From a virus: 64,000 nucleotides of DNA. Every line of letters begins with the position of its first letter. The first letter of the stretch is position 1. The notes under the pieces were generated by a model. The model searched no databases. It saw nothing but the letters and a program-made list of their open reading frames with translations, and was not told the origin of the DNA. The position numbers and the translations under genes are program-made. The stretch covers positions 29,915-93,914 of IMG/VR virus record IMGVR_UViG_3300020470_005894. One strand, given 5' to 3'. This document shows positions 29,259-38,508 of this stretch, one piece after another.

Positions 29259-29867
29259 TTAGGTCTCAGCCATGCCAGAAACGAAGTACTTCGTTATTGA
29301 ATCAGTTGCTAGCACGCAAATAACATCAACAAAATCCCCAGCAATAGCTTTATTATCAACAAAAGTAACCACATTACTACCAACAGTAATACCCTGAGCC
29401 GCATTAGCGTCTCCTGTACAGGACGCTATTCTTCCTATTATTAAATCATTAGAAGTATCGCCACGAACTATAGTTATATTATTACTTCCAGTGCCTGCGT
29501 TGTTAATAGCAAATCGACAGTGCCAACCAATGAGCTGCGCAGCTTCGGCAGCATTGGTGGCAGTAGGCAAGGTGACAGCGAAATTACCTTGATTTAAAGT
29601 TACAATGCCCCCACTGTAAATTACCGCGTTGTTTACATTAGATAGATCTAAAGCGCTATCTCTGCCTATGACAGCATATTTAAAGTGAGCAAAGCCTCCA
29701 GAACCGCCTCCGTCTAGAGAAAAAGCGTTGGCGACGCCATCATATTGTTTAAAACACAATAAAGCAGCGTTATCATTTACATTGTGTGTGAATACAGCCT
29801 GCGTGGCAACGGTATCTGTGTCCAATGTCACTATAGTATCAAGTTTTTCTCCCGGTTTAAAACCCAT
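29259..29867 (-). CDS. Hypothetical virion protein
   Basis: 202 aa with SD GGAGGAG; VTLPTAT...G..FAINN pattern seen in fibre/decoration domains. Confidence 0.5.
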   Translation of the reverse strand: MGFKPGEKLDTIVTLDTDTVATQAVFTHNVNDNAALLCFKQYDGVANAFSLDGGGSGGFAHFKYAVIGRDSALDLSNVNNAVIYSGGIVTLNQGNFAVTLPTATNAAEAAQLIGWHCRFAINNAGTGSNNITIVRGDTSNDLIIGRIASCTGDANAAQGITVGSNVVTFVDNKAIAGDFVDVICVLATDSITKYFVSGMAET

Positions 29868-29878
29868 TGCGTCTCCTC

Positions 29879-30322
29879 CTACTCAGTTATACCTGAGCCA
29901 GTCATAGCATACATCGAACCAGTTGGAATATTGGTTAACGAGGCATAAATTTGAAATCCTGCTGCGCCACCCGGTGCAGAAAGATAAAGTTCCTTGCACT
30001 TAACATCAAAATCCATAGAGTCCTCATGGCTATCTAAGCGAATGTAATGACCACGGTCTACGATTGACTCTGGACCACCGGCTGAGCTAGTAGAGACAAA
30101 ATGAATCCTAAGACCTGATGACGCAGCTGCCATCGAGCCTGAAAGTATAACTGTTACTTTTTTTGTCACGTAAGGAAACTGAACTCTCATCTCATTGTCT
30201 GCCGGTATGACAGAAGCAGTAACATAAGGGTGACCAGAAACCTGATATGATCCTACATTTCTTAAGCCAACACGCGTGGAACCCTGAAATATACGTGAAT
30301 TTGAATCTGTTGGGTTTGCCAT
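29879..30322 (-). CDS. Hypothetical virion protein
   Basis: 147 aa, GLRNVGSYQVSGHPYVTAS, SD AGGAG. Confidence 0.55.
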   Translation of the reverse strand: MANPTDSNSRIFQGSTRVGLRNVGSYQVSGHPYVTASVIPADNEMRVQFPYVTKKVTVILSGSMAAASSGLRIHFVSTSSAGGPESIVDRGHYIRLDSHEDSMDFDVKCKELYLSAPGGAAGFQIYASLTNIPTGSMYAMTGSGITE

Positions 30323-30331
30323 TTTTCTCTC

Positions 30332-30562
30332 CTACTTTATATTTAGTTTTTGATTTCTTTCTCGCTCTGCTTTTCTAGCATTGCGCTTTTTTTTAAGTTT
30401 TTCTCTTCTCTTTTTCGCAGAAGGCTTTTCAAAAAATCTTCTATCTAAATAGTCTTCTATTATTCTTTCTTTTTTAACCTTTTTCATGAATTTTTTTATA
30501 AGACGGTAACCATCGCCTTTTGTTTCTCTTAGAGAAACCTCAACGTTAACTGCTCTTTTCAT
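30332..30562 (-). CDS. rpsU: Phage-encoded 30S ribosomal protein bS21
   Basis: LIKKFMKKVKKERIIEDYLDRRFFEKPSAKKRRE matches the bS21 pattern (L++F+++...R+xYEKPSx++R); about 76 aa, very basic; ATGA overlap with the upstream gene. Confidence 0.85.
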   Translation of the reverse strand: MKRAVNVEVSLRETKGDGYRLIKKFMKKVKKERIIEDYLDRRFFEKPSAKKRREKLKKKRNARKAERERNQKLNIK

Positions 30563-30951
30563 TTTTGCCCCATTAAAGTTTTCCACTTACCACTCGAAAG
30601 TTTCTCTATAGCACTAATATCTACGCCAGTGTCTCCGGGAGAAACTCCTGACATAGGGCCACGCGAGTCATCAGGAATTTGTCTTGTTCCTGAAAATACA
30701 TCACCAAATTTATTGGATTCGTTTAATCTTTTTATCTTTTCCTGTCTTTTTCTCTCTGCGCGTTCTTCCCTCAGAGCCATTTCTTGCTGAGTGATAGAAG
30801 AAGTATTTTTTTGTTCGACAATAGTATTATTGTTTAATCCACGTGCGACTTCTGCGACAACACTAGACAGCACGCCTTCTTGCAGCAACACTTCTTTAAC
30901 TGTCTGCACTATTAATGGTTTTAAAATTTTTTTAAATTCTGATACTTTCAT
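30559..30951 (-). CDS. Hypothetical protein
   Basis: 130 aa, starts MKVSEFKKILKPLI..TVKEVLLQEG; coupled between protease and bS21 genes. Confidence 0.7.
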   Translation of the reverse strand: MKVSEFKKILKPLIVQTVKEVLLQEGVLSSVVAEVARGLNNNTIVEQKNTSSITQQEMALREERAERKRQEKIKRLNESNKFGDVFSGTRQIPDDSRGPMSGVSPGDTGVDISAIEKLSSGKWKTLMGQK

Positions 30952-30952
30952 T

Positions 30953-31588
30953 TCAATCTCTCAATATTGAGTCTATTAGCTGATCTATTTTTTTATCTTT
31001 TGATTCATTTAAATAAGCACCAATACCTGGATCCATATTGATCTTGGTGGTGACGTTCATAGAGGGTGAGAGATATGCGTTAGGAGTGGAAGGCTCAGAC
31101 ACCATATCAAAACAAATTAATTGAAAATCGTCTTGCACTTCTGTAATGCCATTCTTCTCATCAGTTGAGCCTAATCCTCTAGAAGATATTCCCAGCTTGC
31201 ATCCAGCTTTTACTAATTCTTTTAATATCTTGCCTGAAGGAGTTTCTAAAACCTCAATCTTTCCCATTACATTGTCACCTTCCCACCACATTTTAGTGAC
31301 AAGATGAGAGGCATTCTTTAAATTAATTACTGAATCATCGGGATGGTCTAATTCTCCTAGAGACCTCCTCTCTCTAATTGCTTTTTGGTAGTTTTCTACC
31401 TCTCTTTTCAAGGTTTCTCTACGATACACTCGTCCATTGCCGTTTTTTGTACCAGCTTTTTGACATATGCCCACAAGGTAGACTGCCCCCTCCATAACGT
31501 TTTTCTTCTCAGATTCAGATAAAACGTGCAGAGGACATCTACCTTCAGGACATAATTCGAAGTATTCCTGTAGAAGCTCCTTGGACAT
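30953..31588 (-). CDS. Prohead core protease (gp21-like)
   Basis: KNGNGRVY, LGELDHP, NASH, LGISSRGLGS, FDMVSEPSTPNAY. Confidence 0.95.
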   Translation of the reverse strand: MSKELLQEYFELCPEGRCPLHVLSESEKKNVMEGAVYLVGICQKAGTKNGNGRVYRRETLKREVENYQKAIRERRSLGELDHPDDSVINLKNASHLVTKMWWEGDNVMGKIEVLETPSGKILKELVKAGCKLGISSRGLGSTDEKNGITEVQDDFQLICFDMVSEPSTPNAYLSPSMNVTTKINMDPGIGAYLNESKDKKIDQLIDSILRD

Positions 31589-31592
31589 TATT

Positions 31593-31757
31593 TTACTCGC
31601 TTCCGTTGCTGTTTGATTTCATACCTTTCTGACCCCAGTTTTTAGGGTATTTATTGGCACACTTGCCAGCGTTTCTAACACCCCAAGTCGTGCTTCCTGG
31701 GCCGTGGCCTTTAGGCGCGCTTGAATTTTCTTTTACAACTTTCTTCTTGTCAGACAT
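31593..31757 (-). CDS. Small basic hypothetical protein
   Basis: MSDKKKVVKENSS..., with SD AAGGAG at about 31766; start is shorter than the ORF track call. Confidence 0.55.
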   Translation of the reverse strand: MSDKKKVVKENSSAPKGHGPGSTTWGVRNAGKCANKYPKNWGQKGMKSNSNGSE

Positions 31758-31797
31758 TTTATATACTCCTTTTAAAATGTTTAATAAAATGCGAGGC

Positions 31798-31863
31798 TCA
31801 CCCTCGCGTGTTATGACTACCATTACAGCAGCGTCTTACTTGTGGTCTATTTTGCCGTTTCAT
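31798..31863 (-). CDS. Unannotated 21-aa micro-ORF MKRQNRPQVRRCCNGSHNTRG
   Basis: Very strong SD AAGGAGGTGAT; TAATG overlap with the upstream stop; stop codon lies in hairpin GCGAGG-GTGAG-CCTCGC. Confidence 0.5.
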   Translation of the reverse strand: MKRQNRPQVRRCCNGSHNTRG

Positions 31864-32174
31864 TAGTTATCACCTCCTTTTGTATTTCTAAATTTTAAGC
31901 CGAAATCATTCAATATCATGCTCAAGAAATAACTTGTCCCGGCAGCAAGCCATCCTAAAAGTAATCCGTTAATTAAATTGTAGTCGTAAGTAAATAGTTC
32001 TGTGTAACAATTGATGCTCCACAAAAACACTCCTGACCAAAAACCTAAACAAAGAGGGCAGTGAAACAATTCACCTAGCTTTCCTTTAGAAGGTCTAACA
32101 GAATTAAAAATAGATCCGTATACTAAAATATACGTTAATCCATAAGAACATAATACAAAATACAATAATTCCAC
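31863..32174 (-). CDS. Membrane protein, DUF1360-like
   Basis: Hydrophobic helices with LGELFHCPLCLGFW (CxxC.xxW) motif; GTG start. Confidence 0.65.
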   Translation of the reverse strand: MELLYFVLCSYGLTYILVYGSIFNSVRPSKGKLGELFHCPLCLGFWSGVFLWSINCYTELFTYDYNLINGLLLGWLAAGTSYFLSMILNDFGLKFRNTKGGDN

Positions 32175-32181
32175 ATATCAC

Positions 32182-32760
32182 CTATAATCTATATATTGAA
32201 TTAATACCATAACTTATCATATTGGGTGGTAGCGAGCCTTTGTTTTGCTGATGTCTACTAGGATCAAATTCTGTAAACTCATCCGGCTCAGGCTGCAAGA
32301 ATTGTTCTTCGCTTTCCTTCTCAAATTCTTCTTTATCTTTGTAGAAAGGAAGTTCTTTGTCAATAAATTTAGACAAAGAGTATAAAACATATTCTATTTT
32401 ATCACCCTCGCCTGCAGCTTCTGGTATTTTTGCTTCCATAGACATAAAAATATTTCCAGCCTGTATACTATCATAAACTATGACACCTTGTGAAGCAAGA
32501 TGTTTAAAAAGTCTTTTTTGGCTAGTGTGTAACTCATCGTCTAAGTCATCTTTTGGGATGGAAACAATCTTACTAAGCTTACTCATAATAAATATATCCA
32601 TTTCTGGATGGTCTGAAATTATTATATTGCCATCAATTGTTGCGCGAGCTTTAAGAAATACTTTCTCTACTTCTTTATCTTGAATTTTTATTTTCAAAAC
32701 TAAAGCTTTTTTAGGCTCTTGATCTGCAGGCCCGTCGAGTACTTTTATCTTAATTGCCAT
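32182..32760 (-). CDS. Hypothetical protein
   Basis: 192-aa ORF in the portal-protease cluster; no motif recognised. Confidence 0.65.
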   Translation of the reverse strand: MAIKIKVLDGPADQEPKKALVLKIKIQDKEVEKVFLKARATIDGNIIISDHPEMDIFIMSKLSKIVSIPKDDLDDELHTSQKRLFKHLASQGVIVYDSIQAGNIFMSMEAKIPEAAGEGDKIEYVLYSLSKFIDKELPFYKDKEEFEKESEEQFLQPEPDEFTEFDPSRHQQNKGSLPPNMISYGINSIYRL

Positions 32761-33574
32761 TATTGTTTAACTCGCTAACTAGAGACTGAATTTTTAAAAA
32801 CTCAGTCAGAAGGCTTTTATCAATTGCCCTACTATCGTAATTATCTACTCTTTCTATAATTTTCTTTAATTTTTCAGATGTGTTGCTGTCAGTCTCGTTC
32901 AACTTTTCTTGTAGAGATTCTTTAACTGCTTCAATTTGCTCATAAAGAGCTAATTTAAAATCCAGGCCACCGTCTTGATATGAGGTTATGTATTTGCCCA
33001 AAAGCTTCTTTTGGCCCTCGTTTAATTTTTCTGTATACTGGTCATTAAATTTTTCTATAAATTTTTTGACTGTTAAGTTATCAATATTTTTAATTGTTTC
33101 TGCGCCATCAGATAAATTAGAATTAGAAGTCAGCCTTTTAACTATTTTCTCTTCCAACAAGACTTGATCTCGCGGCCCTAGTTTTTGTTGCAAAATTTGA
33201 TTTAAAGTTGCTAAATCTTTAAAATTAGAAACAAAAATATTCCATGAATCCTTGCCATATTTTTTATTTATTTCATTTATTAACCTAGATTGCTCAGAAA
33301 AAATCTTTCTTTTATCTAAAGATGCATATTGTTTTTTTGCTTCAGCTAAAATCTTAATAACCGTCTGGGTATCTGTGTTTTCTAAATCTTGAAAAGAATT
33401 ATATATAGCCAACTCTTTACCTAGCGTTCTGTCCTTAGAGAAAAATTCTTTAATAACATTTATAGTGTTATTTTTTCTAGTAAAATTTTCATTTATTGCA
33501 GAAACAGTCAATTCTTTTATAAGCACTTCATATAAAAAAGCAGTGTTTCTTTTCTTATTATGATTCAGTCTCAT
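32750..33574 (-). CDS. Hypothetical head-cluster protein
   Basis: Likely start MRLNHNKKRNTAFLYEVL; overlaps the portal gene end. Confidence 0.65.
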   Translation of the reverse strand: MRLNHNKKRNTAFLYEVLIKELTVSAINENFTRKNNTINVIKEFFSKDRTLGKELAIYNSFQDLENTDTQTVIKILAEAKKQYASLDKRKIFSEQSRLINEINKKYGKDSWNIFVSNFKDLATLNQILQQKLGPRDQVLLEEKIVKRLTSNSNLSDGAETIKNIDNLTVKKFIEKFNDQYTEKLNEGQKKLLGKYITSYQDGGLDFKLALYEQIEAVKESLQEKLNETDSNTSEKLKKIIERVDNYDSRAIDKSLLTEFLKIQSLVSELNNNGN

Positions 33575-35567
33575 TTTTATTATTCTCCAAAGATTCAATC
33601 AAATTTTTAATTTCAATATTATTTTTTAGTATTTCTCTTTCTTGATCGTCGTAGTAATTAGGTTCTAATCCTTCAGAAAAACTGTAATTAAGCAAACCAC
33701 CATCTTTTAAGAAAGATCTTTTGCTCTTTCCAGTGTTCTGCATGCCAGCCATGGCTTTCTGCGATTGTGTCAGGCCTCTTCTTTTGTCCAGGCCAGGCTT
33801 GTTGGGCTTGTACCACTTACCCTTTGATTTTTTTGTGCTTGTTTCAATTCTACCATATTCATCTTTCTTCGCTACTAACGAGTTGTCGTCACGCTTTCCT
33901 AACGGAGGTTCGTCTCCGCCACCAGGGGTGGCTAAAAGAGCACCTTCTTCTTCAGCGGGTGGTGTATCTTCTGCCGCAGGAGCCTCGCCGCCCATGTCAG
34001 CGCCCATATCAGCGCCCATATCAGCACCCATATCAGCACCCATATCAGCACCCATATCAGCACCCATGTCAGCGCCGCCGCCGGCTGCAGCTTGTTGGGC
34101 TGCCATAGCCTCACCTACCTGCTCCAGACTAAAGTCGTGCTTTCTATCGTAGAACATCTCAGCTTGCATCCTTTCAAATTCTTCCTCATTAATATTAAGA
34201 ATATTATTCGCAACCCACCTTCTACTGAAATAACCCTCTGTAGCTGTAGCTGCTGCTTCAAATCTAGACTTCCAGTGTTCTAATTCTTGTAATTCTGCTA
34301 ATTTTGAAGGATTATTTAGTGATAGTTTAAAGGATAGAAGATCACTACCACGATAACCTAAAGTAAATAAATGTATTGTAACAATCTTTTCTAATTCTGA
34401 AATTATAGATCTTTGGAGACGCTGAATAGTCCTTGCAAATCTAATATCTTTTTGGGCCAAAGCCGCCTTATCATCGACCGCGCCCTCTGGTTGAGTTAGA
34501 TAAGCCTGTGGTACTTTTAGCGCACTAAAAAGCTTATCTCGTAAATATTTTACATCATCAATATCGCCAGTATACTTACCACCACCAACAGACTCAATTT
34601 TTGTGCCAGAGGTACCACCGCGAACAGGGATATAATAATCCTCCTCAATACTCAGTGGATTGTAACGCAAGTCGACTCTGCCAGTATTGACATCAACAAT
34701 TTGATTTCTCTTCATTTGTGTCATTACATTTTGCATGTACTGCTCAACATCTTGTGGAGGAATATTTCCAACATCAATGTAAAAAGCCCTGCGTTCTGGA
34801 GATCTAACGATACGATACGCCATCACTGCATCCTCTAAGAGAGTAAGCTGACGCCAAATTCTTCTAGCCGGCTCCAAAACAGAAGTGCCATACGGTGCAA
34901 ATTTATCATTACCTAATATTCTAAAATGTGCAACCTGCCAATTCTCCAAAGTTAATCCAGCAGTATTCCACTGATATTGGATGTAGTTAGGGTTGTTTTT
35001 ATCTTCTCCCTCCAAACGCTCGACCTCATGAGAAGGCAAGCCGATTACATTTTTAACACCATCATCCTCTTCAATGTCTAAATAAAGAAAATAATCTCCG
35101 TATTTACACATTGACCGGCACCATCCATAGAGATTATATTCAATATTCATCACATTGTATAGTAATGTCTCAACTACAGATTTAATCTCCTCGTTAGTGC
35201 AAGTTATGTTCAACATGGGCCTGTATACAGAATAGGTGGTCATCTCATCCGCGTATATATCCAGAGCAGATGCAATTTCAGGAGTATATTCCATTTGATC
35301 AAAATCTACGTATCTATCCAACCTGTTTTGATTAGAATAGTAATCGTGGTTTAGGGCATTATAAACTTCGCTATACACAGAAGTTTTAAATTCCTGACCA
35401 CTGGCAGATCTAAAGCGCGAACGATATTTGTCTAACTTTCTTCTTCTTAATCTTCTTGTATCTTGCCTTCGGTAATTAACAATCGGACCAGATAGCAATT
35501 TAGTTAATTGCTTAAAAAGAGGATTTGTAGGATTATTAGGGTTTCTTTTGTTTATTGGTCGCGCCAT
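33558..35567 (-). CDS. Portal protein (gp20-like)
   Basis: PEIASALDIYADE, LLEDAVMAYRIVRSPERRAFYIDVGN, EEDYYIPVRGG, DDVKYLRDKLFSALKVP, DIRFARTIQRLQ. Confidence 0.97.
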   Translation of the reverse strand: MARPINKRNPNNPTNPLFKQLTKLLSGPIVNYRRQDTRRLRRRKLDKYRSRFRSASGQEFKTSVYSEVYNALNHDYYSNQNRLDRYVDFDQMEYTPEIASALDIYADEMTTYSVYRPMLNITCTNEEIKSVVETLLYNVMNIEYNLYGWCRSMCKYGDYFLYLDIEEDDGVKNVIGLPSHEVERLEGEDKNNPNYIQYQWNTAGLTLENWQVAHFRILGNDKFAPYGTSVLEPARRIWRQLTLLEDAVMAYRIVRSPERRAFYIDVGNIPPQDVEQYMQNVMTQMKRNQIVDVNTGRVDLRYNPLSIEEDYYIPVRGGTSGTKIESVGGGKYTGDIDDVKYLRDKLFSALKVPQAYLTQPEGAVDDKAALAQKDIRFARTIQRLQRSIISELEKIVTIHLFTLGYRGSDLLSFKLSLNNPSKLAELQELEHWKSRFEAAATATEGYFSRRWVANNILNINEEEFERMQAEMFYDRKHDFSLEQVGEAMAAQQAAAGGGADMGADMGADMGADMGADMGADMGADMGGEAPAAEDTPPAEEEGALLATPGGGDEPPLGKRDDNSLVAKKDEYGRIETSTKKSKGKWYKPNKPGLDKRRGLTQSQKAMAGMQNTGKSKRSFLKDGGLLNYSFSEGLEPNYYDDQEREILKNNIEIKNLIESLENNKNETES
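33991..34074. repeat. 12-bp tandem repeat x7 encoding (ADMG)7 in the portal C-terminal tail
   Basis: Consecutive CCCAT(A/G)TCAGC(A/G) units. Confidence 0.9.
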
Positions 35568-35574
35568 TTTTTAT

Positions 35575-37152
35575 TTATCCTTTTAAAAGCCATAAGTGCT
35601 CTTGAAATTTGTCTTTTTTCTTTTGCAGTGCATCCGACGACTTTTTATAGCCGTTCATGCCTGGTATTGCCGTATTCATCTTTCTGTCAGTTGAAGCCAT
35701 CGAGGTCAAAAAGACTTTGTTATACTCAATCGCCCTATGGTTTGAAGCTAAAGCTGTATCTTTCACCCAGCAACCTATTGCACAAGCCATTATAAGATCA
35801 TCATTGTGTTTTTTCATAGCTTGTGGTTTTCCATTGTGCCAAACAAAAGTCTTCATCTCATTATAAAGTCTTTTTGACTTAATTTTAAGTAGTTTATTTC
35901 TAACAAACTCTTCTAACTTCGAAACAACTAAAGGTCGGGTCTTTGAAGTTGTGGAAAACCCTGGTGTAACACCCATAGAATCAGATAAGTGCGGCTCAAC
36001 GTGTTCATGAGTTGATTTTCTAGAGTAGTATATATTAGGATATCCCAAATCTTCAAGCTTTGTCAGAGTCGCCCAGCCCACGGAGTTGTTCTCTACAACA
36101 ACCATACAATCCCCAAACTCTCTACCTGTTTGGTTGACAAGGTCGGCAAAAATATCAGGTGTGGCCTTGCCTTTATACTCGGCAACTATAGTGTTGGTGT
36201 CTAAATTGAATATATGAAAACTAGAATAATCTTGTCCGTCGCCTCTAGCTACATCTGCAGATAGCATATAAGAGTTTTCAGGAGAATATTCCTCCCATAT
36301 CCATAAATTTCTATCAAATCCAGTCTTATGCTTGGGGTCTTCTAATTCAAAACTTATCCTCTCCATATCTTCTGGGTGAAAAACAGTCTCACCAGACATG
36401 TTAAAGTTGCATTGTAGCTCCTGAGCAATTTGACGACGAGACATGTTTTTTGTCTCTTTCTCAAACCAGCCTTGATCACGGTCGGGATGCACATCCCAAG
36501 GCAATGTCACTAAGTGAAAATCGTTTTTTTCTATTTCTGCGTCGACGCAAGTCTGGTGAAACCAATTGCCAACACCATTTGGTGTTGACAGGGCAATGCA
36601 ACGACCACCAGTTGATAGTGTGGGATATAAGCCAGTCCACAATTCATCCAAGCCTTCAACGTGTGCAGCCTCGTCAATAACCAAAAGTGACAAAGCTTCA
36701 GAACGACCTGCATCTGAACTAGTAGAAGATGCTTTAATTTGAGATCCATTAGAAAGTTCAAAAGAAGTTCTGTTATCAATAGAAATTTCTGATATTCTCA
36801 TCCAGCTTGGAAGATGCTTGTGAATAGCTTTCACTTTTTTAACAAGATTCGCCGCTGTGCCAAACTTAGTTGCAATTACTAGCACATTTTTGTCTCTATG
36901 AAAAAGCATCATCCAAGCCACATAAGCGGCAGTAATTGTTGATATTCCAAGCTGACGTGCTTTCAATATCACAGTAAACCTGTGATCGTTATAGCTGCTA
37001 ACTAGATCTGTTTGAAAATCATAAGTCTTAAACGGTATCAACCCTTTCATTGGGTGTGATATCTTTGCATAATTGTTAATGAAGTATATTGGATCCTTGC
37101 CAGATCTAAGAATCTCTTTCACTATATCTTCTTTCGAAAGAGTAAAAGCCAT
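35575..37152 (-). CDS. terL: Terminase large subunit (gp17-like)
   Basis: Walker A ILKARQLGIST, Walker B LLVIDEAA, STPNG, nuclease ADVARGDGQDYS and HNDDLIMA. Confidence 0.97.
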   Translation of the reverse strand: MAFTLSKEDIVKEILRSGKDPIYFINNYAKISHPMKGLIPFKTYDFQTDLVSSYNDHRFTVILKARQLGISTITAAYVAWMMLFHRDKNVLVIATKFGTAANLVKKVKAIHKHLPSWMRISEISIDNRTSFELSNGSQIKASSTSSDAGRSEALSLLVIDEAAHVEGLDELWTGLYPTLSTGGRCIALSTPNGVGNWFHQTCVDAEIEKNDFHLVTLPWDVHPDRDQGWFEKETKNMSRRQIAQELQCNFNMSGETVFHPEDMERISFELEDPKHKTGFDRNLWIWEEYSPENSYMLSADVARGDGQDYSSFHIFNLDTNTIVAEYKGKATPDIFADLVNQTGREFGDCMVVVENNSVGWATLTKLEDLGYPNIYYSRKSTHEHVEPHLSDSMGVTPGFSTTSKTRPLVVSKLEEFVRNKLLKIKSKRLYNEMKTFVWHNGKPQAMKKHNDDLIMACAIGCWVKDTALASNHRAIEYNKVFLTSMASTDRKMNTAIPGMNGYKKSSDALQKKKDKFQEHLWLLKG

Positions 37153-37155
37153 CTT

Positions 37156-37674
37156 TTAAAGCTTGTGCTTGTTCCCGCCTTGGCTTAAAAACTTTTTGAA
37201 TTCTTTTTCCAATGGCGGCGGGCCGTCGCCGGAAGCAACGTCTTCTACATTTTCCATATCGCCAATTTTGTAGGTGCATCTGGCAGTGGCCCAACATCGA
37301 GCGCGACTGGATGATTCAACCCTAATGCTTGGGTCTCCTTGCTTAGTCAAGGTGATTCCTTTTCCTGTGTTAGATTTAAATCGTTTTTTTAATTCTTTAA
37401 TTATTTTTGCCATCATTCGGCCAACCTCAGTTTCAAAATCTTGGTTGTATATCTCTCTTAGCCTGACATCTGTATGATAAGAGAGGATTAGAGTTTGCCC
37501 GGAGACACTAATATTAAACCCATCCATTACCCTAGATCCGTAGATTGGGTGTCCTTGCTCTCTTTTTAGCCCGATCTTTACCGGTGTTCCATCTTTATTG
37601 ATAGCTCCATCGTATCCAATATCTGCAGCTGCCTGAGCAAGACTTGTTATTTTATCAACTACTTTTTGTGACAT
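37156..37674 (-). CDS. Hypothetical protein
   Basis: 172-aa ORF directly upstream of terL. Confidence 0.65.
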   Translation of the reverse strand: MSQKVVDKITSLAQAAADIGYDGAINKDGTPVKIGLKREQGHPIYGSRVMDGFNISVSGQTLILSYHTDVRLREIYNQDFETEVGRMMAKIIKELKKRFKSNTGKGITLTKQGDPSIRVESSSRARCWATARCTYKIGDMENVEDVASGDGPPPLEKEFKKFLSQGGNKHKL

Positions 37675-38050
37675 GTTCTGGTCTCCATCCTTTTAGCCAT
37701 CTGTCTTCTCGGTGATGTACATATTGAATATAACACTTATAGCAACATTGAAATTTTGTGTAAACTGCATCGTCATAATCTGTCTTCAACCTACTTGAAC
37801 AAACGGGACATGATAAATTCTTGTCTTTATTAAATAGTTTTTTACTTATTAAAATACCGTTAACATTTTCTGGCTCTGAATATGTTTCACTTTTTCTTTG
37901 CTTTTTAACCATTTCTTGCAGCTGCTCAAGATAAGCTTCTTCTTTTTCCTTGTCCCAATGCGAAGCAGGATTTTCTATAGCTTCTTGGCCATATTTTTTC
38001 TTAATGGCTTTTTCTAGTGCTGCGATATAATTTAGATCTTCCTCTTTCAT
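37655..38050 (-). CDS. Hypothetical protein with C-terminal Cys cluster (putative zinc finger)
   Basis: Likely start MKEEDLNY; CPVC...CCYKC motif. Confidence 0.6.
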   Translation of the reverse strand: MKEEDLNYIAALEKAIKKKYGQEAIENPASHWDKEKEEAYLEQLQEMVKKQRKSETYSEPENVNGILISKKLFNKDKNLSCPVCSSRLKTDYDDAVYTKFQCCYKCYIQYVHHREDRWLKGWRPEHVTKSS

Positions 38051-38505
38051 CTTGCGATTTCCACACTGGCATAAAATACTGCCACAGATAATAATATTCC
38101 AACTGTTAATCCTCCAAGTACCCACCATTCTGTGTGGTTGGGCTTCATTTCTTCTTTCAACATTAAATTAAGATCGTTAATTTGTTGTTCTTTAATGACA
38201 AGAGTCTGCTCATGAATCTTTTTTAAAGAGTCGTAATCAATCTTCAGCAGATCATAAGCCATGCGTTTATCTGCAAGATCACTTTGAAACTCTTTTCTTA
38301 ACTGCAGTTCAATCTCCATACGAAGGTATTTTTGATCAACAATCATTTTTGATGCCGCAACTGAATCAAGCAACACGCCAGGGTATGGTGCTTTTTCATC
38401 TAGAGCCAGCGAGGTAACTTTACCTTGTAGTTCATTAGCATTAGCTTGCAATGGCAGCAAAAATATTGTGATTGCAACAAAGCAAGATATAATCTTTCTT
38501 AACAT
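38047..38505 (-). CDS. Envelope protein: signal peptide, coiled coil, C-terminal TM helix (spanin-like?)
   Basis: MLRKIISCFVAITIFLLPLQANA signal-like start; WWVLGGLTVGILLSVAVFYA hydrophobic end. Confidence 0.5.
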   Translation of the reverse strand: MLRKIISCFVAITIFLLPLQANANELQGKVTSLALDEKAPYPGVLLDSVAASKMIVDQKYLRMEIELQLRKEFQSDLADKRMAYDLLKIDYDSLKKIHEQTLVIKEQQINDLNLMLKEEMKPNHTEWWVLGGLTVGILLSVAVFYASVEIAR

Positions 38506-38508
38506 ATA

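Noticed and set aside
31791-31807. UGA within a hairpin as selenocysteine recoding
   Set aside because: The UGA is in the loop rather than upstream of a SECIS-like stem, and read-through adds only a few residues; a terminator-like hairpin is more likely.
33991-34074. Repeat array as a possible CRISPR
   Set aside because: Contiguous 12-bp units with no spacers, in frame within the portal gene.
33558-37152. Inteins or introns in terminase and portal
   Set aside because: ORFs are continuous, of expected size, and show no splicing or homing endonuclease motifs.
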